From Candidatus Hermodarchaeota archaeon (lineage in GTDB: Archaea; Asgardarchaeota; Thorarchaeia; Thorarchaeales; Thorarchaeaceae), in NCBI GenBank assembly GCA_048885865.1, contig JBHLLF010000006.1, positions 1 to 64,000 on the forward strand: DNA of 64,000 nt, written 5' to 3'. The notes under the pieces are model-generated. The model was not told the DNA's origin, did no database searches, and saw only the letters and a list, made by a program, of their open reading frames with translations. Position numbers and translations under genes: made by a program. Below are positions 39,816-49,609 of the stretch, in pieces. How positions within the stretch are numbered: the first letter of the stretch is position 1; every line of letters starts with the position of its first letter.

Positions 39816-40781
39816 ATGAGTATGGAAGATACCGTTTCAAAGAAGCATCAGGAGCTGGCCTGTGAACGATATGGCGTGGCTTCTAATGAACTGAACTTTG
39901 TAGGGGGAATGGAGAACGCCGTCTATTCCTATCAAAAAAATGGACAGACAGTCTTCCTCAGATTTGGTCATAGCTCACACATGACTCTCGACCTTGTGAT
40001 TGCGGAGATTGATTGGGTGGTCTATCTTCTCGAAAAGAATGTGCCAGTGATTAAGCCCGTAAAATCTGAGAATGGAATCTATGTTGAGAGGATAGGAAAG
40101 GGAAAGGACTCCTACAATGTAGTTGCCTTTGAGAAAGCGGAGGGAGAACAGCTCGACTTTGGAGATCCTAAGAGCTGGAACGACTCCGTGGTAAGAGACT
40201 GGGGTAGAACTATTGGAAGGATGCATTCAGTCACCAAAGAATACAAACCCAAGTCAGCCAGAAGGTATGAGTTCCATCCCGAGTTGGACCTTTCTCTTAT
40301 CAAGAGAGGGGATAAGAAAGTCAGGGAGAAGGTCAGCAAGCTCTTTCAGAGAATGCATGAATTGCCCAAGGGAAGGGAGGAATATGGGCTCGTGCATTCG
40401 GACATCCATGTGGGAAATTTCTTTGTTAAGGATAACAAGCTATCAGCTATTCTAGACTTCGATCGTGCATGCTATAAGTGGTTCATATCAGAGATTGCAA
40501 TTGCTCTCTACTATCCGCTCTATGTAACAACGCTAAGGAACGATGCTGATGAACAAAGGGAATTTGCATCGAGATTCCTACCAACCTTTCTTGAAGGATA
40601 CAAGAATGAGAACACTCTAAACGCGAAGTGGCTTGATCAGCTAGAGATGTTCATGCAGGTCAGGGATGCAATCCTCTTCATGTATCTACCACCAAGTGTG
40701 CCAGAAGAAGTGAGGGGAAGTTTCAGAAGGAGAATCCTAGGAGAAGACCCCTACACGGATATCCAGTTTCATGCATTGTGA
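39816..40781 (+). CDS. APH/choline-kinase-like phosphotransferase (homoserine kinase type II/YerI-like)
   Basis: ENAVY, GRTIGRMH, Brenner motif LVHSDIHVGNFF, and ILDFD. Confidence 0.88.
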   Translation: MSMEDTVSKKHQELACERYGVASNELNFVGGMENAVYSYQKNGQTVFLRFGHSSHMTLDLVIAEIDWVVYLLEKNVPVIKPVKSENGIYVERIGKGKDSYNVVAFEKAEGEQLDFGDPKSWNDSVVRDWGRTIGRMHSVTKEYKPKSARRYEFHPELDLSLIKRGDKKVREKVSKLFQRMHELPKGREEYGLVHSDIHVGNFFVKDNKLSAILDFDRACYKWFISEIAIALYYPLYVTTLRNDADEQREFASRFLPTFLEGYKNENTLNAKWLDQLEMFMQVRDAILFMYLPPSVPEEVRGSFRRRILGEDPYTDIQFHAL

Positions 40782-40784
40782 AGG

Positions 40785-41144
40785 CTATTCTTCCAAACCA
40801 GGCCAGCAGTGATATTCCTCATCTGAGGAGGTCGCGAGCTCGATAGCCAGTTTTGCATCGAAAAGCTCACGATCAAGTATCTGTGACCACAGAGCCAACC
40901 CACCATCTGCTTCCACAGGTATCAGGTAGCTTGCTTCTTGCCCTTCAACGAAAATGAGTATCTCATCAGTTCCCAAGAAGTCAGCGGGCTTGAAACATAC
41001 TCTTACAATTGAGCTCCACCCTATTCTACTACGTTGCTCTTCGCCTCCGGGTGGATGAATGTGAATGTCAATGAAATCTTCATCAAACTTCACATGAAAC
41101 CATGTATTCAGAGCCATGGGGTATTGTTCTTTGGAGAATCGCAT
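40785..41144 (-). CDS. Hypothetical protein
   Basis: Gap-filling ORF with plausible composition (IGWSSIVRVCFK, YLIPVEADGG). Confidence 0.65.
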   Translation of the reverse strand: MRFSKEQYPMALNTWFHVKFDEDFIDIHIHPPGGEEQRSRIGWSSIVRVCFKPADFLGTDEILIFVEGQEASYLIPVEADGGLALWSQILDRELFDAKLAIELATSSDEEYHCWPGLEE

Positions 41145-41196
41145 TTAACAATGATTCGTATGATGTTCGACTTAGTCCATTCTTTGGAGAGGCATA

Positions 41197-42195
41197 TCAT
41201 CGCCTGCGAAGTAGGACAACTACTAAGGCAACTATTCCAAGTCCCCCTACTAATGCAGCGATTACCAAAGGAGAGTCCAAAAGAAAGTCCAAAGGCGGAG
41301 GACTAGTTGACGCTGAAGGAGAATCCGGAGTCGTTGTAGTTGTGGTGGTTGTGCTGTTTGGCAATTCAGTACCTGCTATTTCAACAAGCCAGATTGAAAT
41401 CTTCAGCATCAGCCCCCACTCGGAGTCAGGATCATTAAGGTCGTCAAAGGCATCAGTGCCATCCCTTGAATCGCCCTCCTCATATTCGGGATGTGGGCTT
41501 GAAATAAACACAGTGCCCAGCTGGTACCTGCACACAAGCATTGCAGCTTGCCCGCCACCGGGATAAGTCATGATTGGTATTGCATCAGCCATGCCGGGAC
41601 CAGAGAAGTATGTTGAGCCCCAATACAGAGTTGAGTAGGTCTCTGGTTCATCTGATAGATCCGGTCCAGTTGAGCTTCTATTCACGTTTAAGTCCATTAA
41701 GTATGTGCCAGTGCCTGCTACAGAACTGCCATGAATGCCATTGAAAAGCCCAAGACCTGAATTCGTCCCGAACACTGATCCGCCACAAATTCCGAAGTAT
41801 GAGCCACCGCTAGCTACGAACTCTTTGACCTTCTGACGGCCTTCTTCCCCAAGCTCGTAGTAATATCCAGTAGTTGAACCCCCAGGATATACCAGCATGT
41901 CGTAGTTATCTAGGACAGAAGTGTCACTTAGTTCATCTCCATCAACATAGGCTGTTGATGCACTCATCCAATCAAACATCGCCTTGAGCGCAATAGCACT
42001 GCTGTCGAGAGAACTGGTGTCGTTATAGACTGCCACATTGATTCCTGTCAAATCTGTTCTGATGGTTTCAGAATAAGACTGACCAAAAACGATGGGATGG
42101 CTTGGCATTAATGAAAGCGAAACCAGTAGCGCAACAACATAAAGGAACACCGGAGACCTGGAAGAAGCCAGCATCGATTGGGACACGATACCCAC
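41197..42195 (-). CDS. Exported BPL-N / class-I glutamine amidotransferase-like protein with Thr-rich linker and C-terminal anchor
   Basis: Signal peptide; LVYPGG, YFGICGG (Cys elbow), SPHPE; poly-Thr linker, TM and RRR. Confidence 0.82.
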   Translation of the reverse strand: MGIVSQSMLASSRSPVFLYVVALLVSLSLMPSHPIVFGQSYSETIRTDLTGINVAVYNDTSSLDSSAIALKAMFDWMSASTAYVDGDELSDTSVLDNYDMLVYPGGSTTGYYYELGEEGRQKVKEFVASGGSYFGICGGSVFGTNSGLGLFNGIHGSSVAGTGTYLMDLNVNRSSTGPDLSDEPETYSTLYWGSTYFSGPGMADAIPIMTYPGGGQAAMLVCRYQLGTVFISSPHPEYEEGDSRDGTDAFDDLNDPDSEWGLMLKISIWLVEIAGTELPNSTTTTTTTTPDSPSASTSPPPLDFLLDSPLVIAALVGGLGIVALVVVLLRRR

Positions 42196-42298
42196 CTAGC
42201 GTAGAGTAGTATCGACTTAGTTTGATTATAATTAATAGGTTCAGCGCAGTGTAAATCTGTCCTGTATTCTGGAATTGATACCGGGAAGTTTGGAGGGC

Positions 42299-43495
42299 CT
42301 AGGTTTCATTCAAGTGAAATGCGACTACAATCATTGCCTCCATTACTAAGCCCAAACAGAAAATTGGGAGGAAGAATGATCCAGTGAGGTCAGTGAGATA
42401 GCCTACAAAAGCTGGGCCTATAAATCCAAAGAAAGCGCCGAATGAGAAGTATGCTCCACTTGCAGCTCCAGTATATTCAGCTCCAATATCAGGAAGGTCC
42501 ATCAGAACGACCAGTAGAATTGGCATCATTGCACCACTAAGTATCCCATAAATGGCGAGAGATCCCAAAAGAAACAATCCAACAGTCATTGCTGCAACGA
42601 TTATGGAGATGCCTTGAAATAGCAGGATCACAATGATGATCGGCCTTCTTGAACCTGCTTTAGCTAAGCTAGGGATAAACACACTACCGATGAGACCAAT
42701 CCACGTCGGGAAGGAGGCGACTAATCCTGCTTCAACTGTGCTGAATCCCTTCGACTCCAAAAGAGTTGGAAGCCAATTGCCAAATCCGTAATAAATGAGA
42801 AATCCGGAGGTTCCAATAATCGCAACCTTCCAAACAGACTTGGAACGAAGTAAGTTTCGCAATATCTTGTCTAATGTCGGAAGCGCAATACTCTCAACCC
42901 CGCTTGGAGTTGGCTCTTTGACTAGAAGAATCCAAGCGCAAGCAATTAGCAGCCCTACGAGCCCATAGACTAAGAAAACATTACGCCAAGTTCCAACAAA
43001 AGGAATGATGATTGCATTTGTGAGTGCAAGTGCTATTGTGGACCCGATGATGAAGCCCGTCATGTATATCCCGGACGCTAATCCACGCTCTCGACCATGA
43101 AAAGCAGAAGCGACCACTTTGGGAAGCCCAACCGAAATGGTTGGCCCGCCTATGCCGAAGATGAGCACAGTAAGAAATAACATTTCAAAGTTTGCAGCAA
43201 ATACACGAAGAATAGCGGAGGAGGATATCAGAATTAGACCGGCGGTTATCATCTTTCTATGCCCAATTCGGTCAATGACAGCACCAGTTGGGATGGCAAA
43301 GGGAACATACATTAGAATTACAGAACCGAGTATCGCACCCATTTGTGAGAAGGTCAATGAGAGATCATTGGCAATTGTAGTTGCGAGAGGGGGAATTGAG
43401 GAAAGGATAAGGCCAAAAGCAAGATAAACAAGCCAAGCGAGGCTGAGAATGACCCATCTGTAAGGGCTTTTTGAAACGCTATTCTCATTCTCCAA
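42299..43495 (-). CDS. MFS transporter (CynX-like)
   Basis: About 12 TMs, GAVIDRIGHRK, ERGLASGIY. Start moved to TTG 43495 to avoid overlap with the divergent LLM gene. Confidence 0.88.
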   Translation of the reverse strand: MENENSVSKSPYRWVILSLAWLVYLAFGLILSSIPPLATTIANDLSLTFSQMGAILGSVILMYVPFAIPTGAVIDRIGHRKMITAGLILISSSAILRVFAANFEMLFLTVLIFGIGGPTISVGLPKVVASAFHGRERGLASGIYMTGFIIGSTIALALTNAIIIPFVGTWRNVFLVYGLVGLLIACAWILLVKEPTPSGVESIALPTLDKILRNLLRSKSVWKVAIIGTSGFLIYYGFGNWLPTLLESKGFSTVEAGLVASFPTWIGLIGSVFIPSLAKAGSRRPIIIVILLFQGISIIVAAMTVGLFLLGSLAIYGILSGAMMPILLVVLMDLPDIGAEYTGAASGAYFSFGAFFGFIGPAFVGYLTDLTGSFFLPIFCLGLVMEAMIVVAFHLNET

Positions 43496-43642
43496 GACCC
43501 AAGCCACCTGAATGCGATTTATCCTAGGACTAAGTCCCAAGTAAAAAGTGTGTCTTCTCCAGGGGCTAGTCTTTTCGAACCGGTGCAGGTGCAGAGTAAG
43601 ATATTTCCACAGCTCTGAATCTGAATTCTGTGGTGCCAAATC

Positions 43643-44596
43643 ATGACTATTGAGTTCGGAGTCCACTTTGAGCCGCTATTTGGCTTTGATTATGAAACGA
43701 TCGAGGAAATCACGCTTAATGCAGAACGACTAGGGTATCAATCGGTTTGGACGTGCGATCATTTCTTCAAGGATATGGATTCCGCGGCAGTGAACAGTCT
43801 TGAGGCTTGGACTCTTCTCACGGCGCTTGCTGTAAAGACCTCACGAATGAAGCTTGGTGTCCTTGCCACTTGCAACTCATATCGACCCCCTTCACTCCTT
43901 GCCAAGATTGCAGCCACACTTGATATGATTTCAAATGGGCGACTAATACTTGGTATTGGAGCTGGTTGGAAAGAGGTCGAGTACAAGGCATACGGATACC
44001 GTTTCCCCTCACTTCGAGAGAGATTTGATCGCCTGGAGGAAGCCCTTCAAGTCATCATCAAACTATGGACAGAAGACAGAGCAACCTTTGACGGTAATTA
44101 CTATGAGCTGAACGATGCTGTCTTTGCGCCTAAACCCATTCAGAAACCGTATCCTCCAATCCTAATCGGGGGACATGGCGAGAAGCGCACGCTGAAGCTT
44201 GTGGCCAAATATGGTGATATGAGCAATTTTTCTCCATGGGGAACAGATAGGCTTGAAAGACTCCTAAAGGCCCTAAGAAGTCACTGTGCAGATGAAGGAC
44301 GTGACTACGAATCTATAACGAAGACATTCCTTGGCTACTGCCTGATTACTGACAATGAGGATGAGATTCGTGACTTCAACATCAAGCGAGCTAGGGAGCA
44401 GAGTATAACACTAGATGAGTATATGGAGAAGCAATCAAGCTTGCCTGGTTCATGGGCTGGGTCTGTTGAGGAAATAACTGCACAGTTCCAGCATTTGGCA
44501 GGCTTGGGCTTCTCTCACTTCCAAGTATTGTTTCCCTACAAGCGTGAACGCGAAACAAGTGAGATATTCGCAGAAAAGGTCATTGCGAATGTGTGA
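43643..44596 (+). CDS. LLM-class, probably F420-dependent, oxidoreductase
   Basis: WTCDHF, EAWTLLTALA, YRPPSLLAKIAATLD-x-ISNGRL-x-LGIGAGW and PILIGGHGE. Confidence 0.9.
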   Translation: MTIEFGVHFEPLFGFDYETIEEITLNAERLGYQSVWTCDHFFKDMDSAAVNSLEAWTLLTALAVKTSRMKLGVLATCNSYRPPSLLAKIAATLDMISNGRLILGIGAGWKEVEYKAYGYRFPSLRERFDRLEEALQVIIKLWTEDRATFDGNYYELNDAVFAPKPIQKPYPPILIGGHGEKRTLKLVAKYGDMSNFSPWGTDRLERLLKALRSHCADEGRDYESITKTFLGYCLITDNEDEIRDFNIKRAREQSITLDEYMEKQSSLPGSWAGSVEEITAQFQHLAGLGFSHFQVLFPYKRERETSEIFAEKVIANV

Positions 44597-45230
44597 CGAG
44601 ATGAGATAGCTGGCCCTTCACTTCAAGTGAAAGGAAGACCCAGACCCAGAGGATTGCGCTCATGGCAGTGAGGATTTCAGGTATAGCCATACCAGTCCAT
44701 GGTACAGTACCTTCGAACGTACCCCACCAGATATAGACTGAGAAGAAAGGCAGCAACAAGGATAGCACGCAGAACCACCACAGATGCCTGTATCTAAGCC
44801 AAGATAGACCAACAAACCACATCGCAAAAGGGAAAGTTGTGAAAAGGCCAACTGAAACCATATAGTGGGTTGGGTTGAAGTTCTCTGAGAAGACGCCAAT
44901 TGCAGTGAGAAAGCCACAAGCGATGAGAAATGGGAACATCGCAATCCGCGTAGGCCAATCATTGATCTGCTTGATAAAGGCAAATGTGATAATGAACAAA
45001 AGAACGCCCGTAGTAACCAAGCCAAAGTTGAAGATGATCGCCCTAACGAGAGGATTGGGGCCAATATCGGTTCTTGTGTAGTGTCCAAGGTCACTGAGCG
45101 CATTTGTGACCCAGTCAAAGCTCGGGGATATTGCGATGGCTAGCGCTATGCATGCGAGAGCTATCAATGGTGCTATGTATCCAATCAGAGCTACTCTGGG
45201 CAAACCTCGAATCTTCTCAGCGATTGACAT
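44580..45230 (-). CDS. DUF998-family membrane protein
   Basis: FDWVTNALSDLG, IFNFGL, IGVFSE..H and AIPE; about 6 TMs. Confidence 0.75.
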   Translation of the reverse strand: MSIAEKIRGLPRVALIGYIAPLIALACIALAIAISPSFDWVTNALSDLGHYTRTDIGPNPLVRAIIFNFGLVTTGVLLFIITFAFIKQINDWPTRIAMFPFLIACGFLTAIGVFSENFNPTHYMVSVGLFTTFPFAMWFVGLSWLRYRHLWWFCVLSLLLPFFSVYIWWGTFEGTVPWTGMAIPEILTAMSAILWVWVFLSLEVKGQLSHLVTHSQ

Positions 45231-45285
45231 GGTATTTCGGCATTAAACGTGGTATATAGATACATATGTTACTTCCAGAGACGCT

Positions 45286-45951
45286 TCAAATTGAAAACGA
45301 CTCGCCTTCCTTCAGATATCTGAACTCTGTGTCAGTTTCTTTCTCAACCTGTTTCTTGAAGGCATCAACGCTCTTGTCCCATGTGTGCATGGGCACTACG
45401 ACCTTGGGCTTTATGATTGATGTGGCCTCAGCGGCATCCTTGTTATCCATGGTATAGGTATCGCCACAGGGGAGCAGGGCAACGTCAATCGGTCCCAACT
45501 CATTCATCTCGGGAATCACATCAGTATCCCCAGCGAAGTATATTGTCTTGTTCTCAGCACTGATGAGATATCCGACTCCAAATCCCTTTGGGTGATAGGG
45601 ATTGCCTGGTGATCGAAACCGCTTCACGTTGTATGCATGAACAGCTTTGATTGCTATCCCCTCAACCTCGGTTTCTTCGCCCGGTGCCAGCGAGGTTATC
45701 GCCGCACCTAGCTTAGCACCACAGTCTGCAGGGGCGATAATCGTAGTTCCAGAATTGCGTACTTCATTAATTGCTTCAGGGAAGCAATGATCATTGTGAG
45801 AATGAGTAGCCAAAACCAATGCTGCAGGATCTAATTCGTCAGGAACTCTCTCCCTCAGCTGCTTGGAACGATAGAGATCAAGATAGATGACCTTCTCATC
45901 AACATTAATCTGGAAGCTTGCATGACCTAGCCACCGAATAGATATTGTCAT
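45286..45951 (-). CDS. MBL-fold metallo-hydrolase (UPF0173/UlaG-like)
   Basis: WLGHASF, THSHNDH, YFAGDT and VVPMH. Confidence 0.9.
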   Translation of the reverse strand: MTISIRWLGHASFQINVDEKVIYLDLYRSKQLRERVPDELDPAALVLATHSHNDHCFPEAINEVRNSGTTIIAPADCGAKLGAAITSLAPGEETEVEGIAIKAVHAYNVKRFRSPGNPYHPKGFGVGYLISAENKTIYFAGDTDVIPEMNELGPIDVALLPCGDTYTMDNKDAAEATSIIKPKVVVPMHTWDKSVDAFKKQVEKETDTEFRYLKEGESFSI

Positions 45952-46026
45952 AATAATCAGGTAAATAGGACATCTACTTGTCATAAATCTGATTGCTCCG
46001 GCGCCCTGAGGTTGAGTGTGTGAAAT

Positions 46027-46704
46027 ATGAAGCTCGCAGCGGTTGCAGATGTTCATAGCCCGAAGTTTCTTGAGGATTTTGCAGAATCACTCACCCTTGT
46101 CGATGCACCTGACATATTTCTATTCGCGGGCGATATGGTAAATTTCGGAAGAGCATCCCAGTACTTGAACATCATTCAGGCCATTGATTCCTCAGAAGCG
46201 AGGGATGTTCCGATCATAGCCTGTTTTGGGAATGAGGAATTTGAAGCTACCAGAAAGGAAATATTGAGCCTGACAGAAGGAAGAATACTGTTTCTTGATG
46301 GTGAGTCGACATCTCTGGAGATTGCAGGGTCGAAGATTGGAGTTATTGGTGCTACTGCACCGGTTGACATCAGGGGAGGAAAAAAGAGACTCAACAAAAT
46401 GGGCCTTAGAGAATTTTATGAATCACGTGCGGAAAGCTTGGCCAATGAAGTAAAGGAAACTGCAGCTGAAGTGGATTACACCATTCTACTGATGCATTAC
46501 AGTCCACTCTCCGAAAGAATGAATGACAACGACATCAGCGTGTATTCTTGGTGGATATCCAAAATAATTGAGGATGTACAACCTGATATTGTGATTCATG
46601 GACACCTGCATATGTCTAACAGACTCGAAACGAAAATCGGCAAGACTCGAATCGTCAATGTGGCATTTCCTGCTGTTGGGAAGATAACGGAAATCGTACT
46701 CTAG
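46027..46704 (+). CDS. Calcineurin-like metallophosphoesterase
   Basis: ADVH, AGDMV, FGNEE, MHYSP and HGHLH. Confidence 0.88.
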   Translation: MKLAAVADVHSPKFLEDFAESLTLVDAPDIFLFAGDMVNFGRASQYLNIIQAIDSSEARDVPIIACFGNEEFEATRKEILSLTEGRILFLDGESTSLEIAGSKIGVIGATAPVDIRGGKKRLNKMGLREFYESRAESLANEVKETAAEVDYTILLMHYSPLSERMNDNDISVYSWWISKIIEDVQPDIVIHGHLHMSNRLETKIGKTRIVNVAFPAVGKITEIVL

Positions 46705-46707
46705 CCA

Positions 46708-48426
46708 TCAGAATATCTTTGGCTCTTCCCATTCCCCAAACACATCACGCCAGACGTCGCAGATCTCTCCAACGCTTGCATAAGCTCGAACAGCCTTAAC
46801 AACATGAGGCAGCACATTCTCTGTACCCTCAGACGCCTTTCTCAAACCATCCAGGGCTTCCTGCACCTTCTTGTTGTTCCGTTCTTTGCGTGTCTTGTTT
46901 AATCGCTCAATCTGTCTTTTCTCAACCTCTGGGTCAATCTTCAGGACGGGGATTGTTATCTCCTCATCTTCCAGAACGAAGTCATTCACTCCAACGATAA
47001 TTCGCTTCTTGGCTTCAATCTCTCGTTCGTAGCGGTATGCCGCCTCTGAGATCTCCTTCTGGAAGAATCCCTTCTCTATCGCTGGTATGACACCGCCAAG
47101 CGAGTCGACATGGTCGAAGTATTTGTATGCCTCCTCCTCAAGTTCGTTGGTCAAAGCCTCCACATAGTATGATCCTGCAAGGGGGTCAATTGTATTAGGC
47201 ACACCGCTCTCGTGTGCCAACACCTGTTGAGTTCTGAGAGCCACTCTGACTGCGTCCTCAGTTGGAAGCGCTAAAGCTTCATCCATTGAATTTGTATGGA
47301 GTGACTGTGTGCCTCCCATCACAGCGGCCAGTGCTTGGTAGGCTGTACGAACGACGTTCACCATTGGTTGTTGGGCTGTCAATGAGCATCCGGCGGTTTG
47401 AGTATGGAATCGCATCCAAAGAGACCTCTCCTTCTTGGCATTGAACCTCTCTTTCATCTCGCGTGCCCAGATTCTTCGAGCAGCTCTGAATTTTGCGACC
47501 TCCTCAAAGATGTCATTGTGGGAGTTGAAGAAGAACGAAAGGCGCGGGGCAAAGGTGTCCACATCGAGACCTCGGGCTATGCCTTCCTTCACATACTCCA
47601 TGCCATTGAGCAGAGTGAAAGCAAGTTCTTGAGCTGCCGTAGAGCCAGCCTCTCTGATGTGATAGCCTGAGATGCTTATTGTATTCCATCTGGGAATGTT
47701 CTTGGCGCAATATTCCATTATGTCTACAATGATGCGAAGCGATTGCTCAGGCGGGTATATCCAGCTCTTTTGCGCCATATACTCCTTCAAGATGTCGTCT
47801 TGTATCGTGCCTCCGATTTGATGAGAACTCACGCCTTGCTTCTCAGCAGCAACCATATACATCGAAAGCAGCACTGACGCAGGAGCATTGATGGTCATCG
47901 AAGTTGTGACCTTATCAAGCGGAATCCCATCAAATAGAATCTCCATGTCCTTGAGTGTATCGACTGCAACTCCCAGCTTGCCAACCTCTCCATAGGAAAA
48001 CTCATGGTCAGAATCATGACCATAGATTGTTGGCAGATGAAACGCAACGCTGAGCCCTGTCTGGCCAATCTTGAGAAGGTACTTGAATCGCTCATTTGTT
48101 TCCTCTGCGGAGCCCATCCCGGCAAATTGGCGCATGGTCCAGAACTTGCCACGATAGAGTGTAGGTTGAACCGCACGGGTATAAGGGTATTCACTAGGAA
48201 ATCCCAAGTCGCGCATATAGTCAAACTTGGGGATATCCAAAGGAGTGTAAATCCTTCTGACTGGCCGACTGGAGGTGCTGATGAACTCCTCACGACGTTC
48301 GGGATGTTTCTCGGTGTGGCGGGACAGTGTGCCTGCTTCCCAGCGTTCCTTCGCAACCTGAATCTCACTCAAATAGGGATCCGGTGGTGCTTGAGTATCA
48401 TCCTTCTTTGCCTTGTCAGCTCCCAT
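46708..48426 (-). CDS. B12-dependent acyl-CoA mutase large subunit, isobutyryl-CoA-mutase-like specificity residues
   Basis: Mutase fold motifs with WTMRQFAGM (Phe) and KEYMAQKSW (Gln) in place of the MCM Tyr and Arg. Confidence 0.88.
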   Translation of the reverse strand: MGADKAKKDDTQAPPDPYLSEIQVAKERWEAGTLSRHTEKHPERREEFISTSSRPVRRIYTPLDIPKFDYMRDLGFPSEYPYTRAVQPTLYRGKFWTMRQFAGMGSAEETNERFKYLLKIGQTGLSVAFHLPTIYGHDSDHEFSYGEVGKLGVAVDTLKDMEILFDGIPLDKVTTSMTINAPASVLLSMYMVAAEKQGVSSHQIGGTIQDDILKEYMAQKSWIYPPEQSLRIIVDIMEYCAKNIPRWNTISISGYHIREAGSTAAQELAFTLLNGMEYVKEGIARGLDVDTFAPRLSFFFNSHNDIFEEVAKFRAARRIWAREMKERFNAKKERSLWMRFHTQTAGCSLTAQQPMVNVVRTAYQALAAVMGGTQSLHTNSMDEALALPTEDAVRVALRTQQVLAHESGVPNTIDPLAGSYYVEALTNELEEEAYKYFDHVDSLGGVIPAIEKGFFQKEISEAAYRYEREIEAKKRIIVGVNDFVLEDEEITIPVLKIDPEVEKRQIERLNKTRKERNNKKVQEALDGLRKASEGTENVLPHVVKAVRAYASVGEICDVWRDVFGEWEEPKIF

Positions 48427-48582
48427 AGGCGACTCTCCTTCTCAGTGAAACAAGAGAGATTGTCTTGTGTTTCGATATTAACTGTTTGTTTCTTGGCTTA
48501 CCAGCTTGTTGATTGTTGATGCAATTGCATCCTAGACATCTTTATGTGAAAGCACTGAAACTCCTCAATTCGAGGTATTCGA

Positions 48583-48984
48583 ATGTCGAAACTGGATGAA
48601 ATTGCGGCGCTGCTAGATGAGATCGATATTGTCTATTCTCGAGAAGAGGCAGGCCTTCTTATGGTCTGGGACACTGCTCAGTTTGATGATCTCAAGGTTC
48701 TAATTCTCACAAGCCCTGACGAGAGCTGGCTCTTCATTACTGCGCTCTTTACAAAGTTCAGCAGCATTCCCCAAGAAGAACAGCACAAGCTAATGTACGA
48801 CATGCTTGTTTCCTCATGGAAGGTGAATGGTGTCAAGTTTGTAATCACTAGTGATGACTACATCTCAGTGACGGCAGAAACAAATGATACAGATCTGACT
48901 GGCGAGGAGCTCAGGACTCTGATCGACAATACTGTAGGGGCCTGCGATGTTCTGGCAACCTTTACTCCTGGATATGGCGACTAG
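48583..48984 (+). CDS. Acidic hypothetical protein, possible YbjN/T3SS-chaperone-like fold
   Basis: 133 aa, acidic, with an alpha-beta3-alpha-beta2-alpha-like pattern; GAGGT RBS. The fold call is tentative. Confidence 0.55.
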   Translation: MSKLDEIAALLDEIDIVYSREEAGLLMVWDTAQFDDLKVLILTSPDESWLFITALFTKFSSIPQEEQHKLMYDMLVSSWKVNGVKFVITSDDYISVTAETNDTDLTGEELRTLIDNTVGACDVLATFTPGYGD

Positions 48985-49003
48985 ACGCTCCCAGTATATT
49001 GCC

Positions 49004-49033
49004 CCTGACCCGGCCGCCTAAGCCGGGTGCAGG
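49004..49033. terminator. GC-rich hairpin between convergent genes
   Basis: CCTG-ACCCGGC-(7 nt)-GCCGGGT-G-CAGG between stops at 48984 (+) and 49040 (-). Confidence 0.45.
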
Positions 49034-49039
49034 CTTTAT

Positions 49040-49600
49040 TCAGAACTCAAATCCCTTTCTGGCTTGAACCTTCTTTGATGAATAGTAGTGCTTGATCTCT
49101 TTCATCTCCGTGACAAGGTCTGCCGCTTCAAGTAACTCTGAGCGAGCGTAACGACCTGTCATTATCAATTCAACCTCTGGAGGTTTTGCTTTGATGAGGG
49201 CCAACTGATCCTCAAGAGCGATAAGATTCCATTCTACAGCGACATTGATTTCGTCAAGGATGAGGACATCACAAGTGTGGTTCCTGAGCGCATCACGAGC
49301 TAGTTGCAATCCGTCTTGAGCAAGCTTCACATCAATCGGATCCGGATTCTCTTTGTCAACCCAGTCAAGTCTTCCAACCGGCACAATCTCGAAGTTCGAA
49401 ATCTGTTCCACTGATCCAAACTCACCATAGTTGATCTCTGTTTCTCCATCTCGTTCAGCTATTTTCGCCTTCATGAAACAGATCATCAAAACTCTTAGAC
49501 CATGACCTGCCGCTCGTAGCCCAGCTCCAAGGGCACAGGTTGTCTTTCCTTTGCCATCACCAGTATACACCTGGACTTGCCCAGGTCTCTTGAGATCCAT
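49040..49600 (-). CDS. cobO: Cob(I)yrinic acid a,c-diamide / cob(I)alamin adenosyltransferase (CobA/CobO/BtuR type)
   Basis: VYTGDGKGKTT, LILDEINVA, ELIMTGR, ADLVTEM-x-EIKHY and ARKGFEF. Confidence 0.93.
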   Translation of the reverse strand: MDLKRPGQVQVYTGDGKGKTTCALGAGLRAAGHGLRVLMICFMKAKIAERDGETEINYGEFGSVEQISNFEIVPVGRLDWVDKENPDPIDVKLAQDGLQLARDALRNHTCDVLILDEINVAVEWNLIALEDQLALIKAKPPEVELIMTGRYARSELLEAADLVTEMKEIKHYYSSKKVQARKGFEF

Positions 49601-49609
49601 TCTAAGGCC

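Noticed and set aside
41328-41356. Trinucleotide-like repeat (GTT/GTG/GTA)
   Set aside because: It encodes the poly-Thr linker with mixed codons and is not a contingency microsatellite.
43496-43666. N-terminal extensions in the ORF track (MFS; also birA, gctB, MBL, longin, AhpD-like, cupin)
   Set aside because: They overlap neighbouring genes or promoters; downstream starts fit the family N-termini better.
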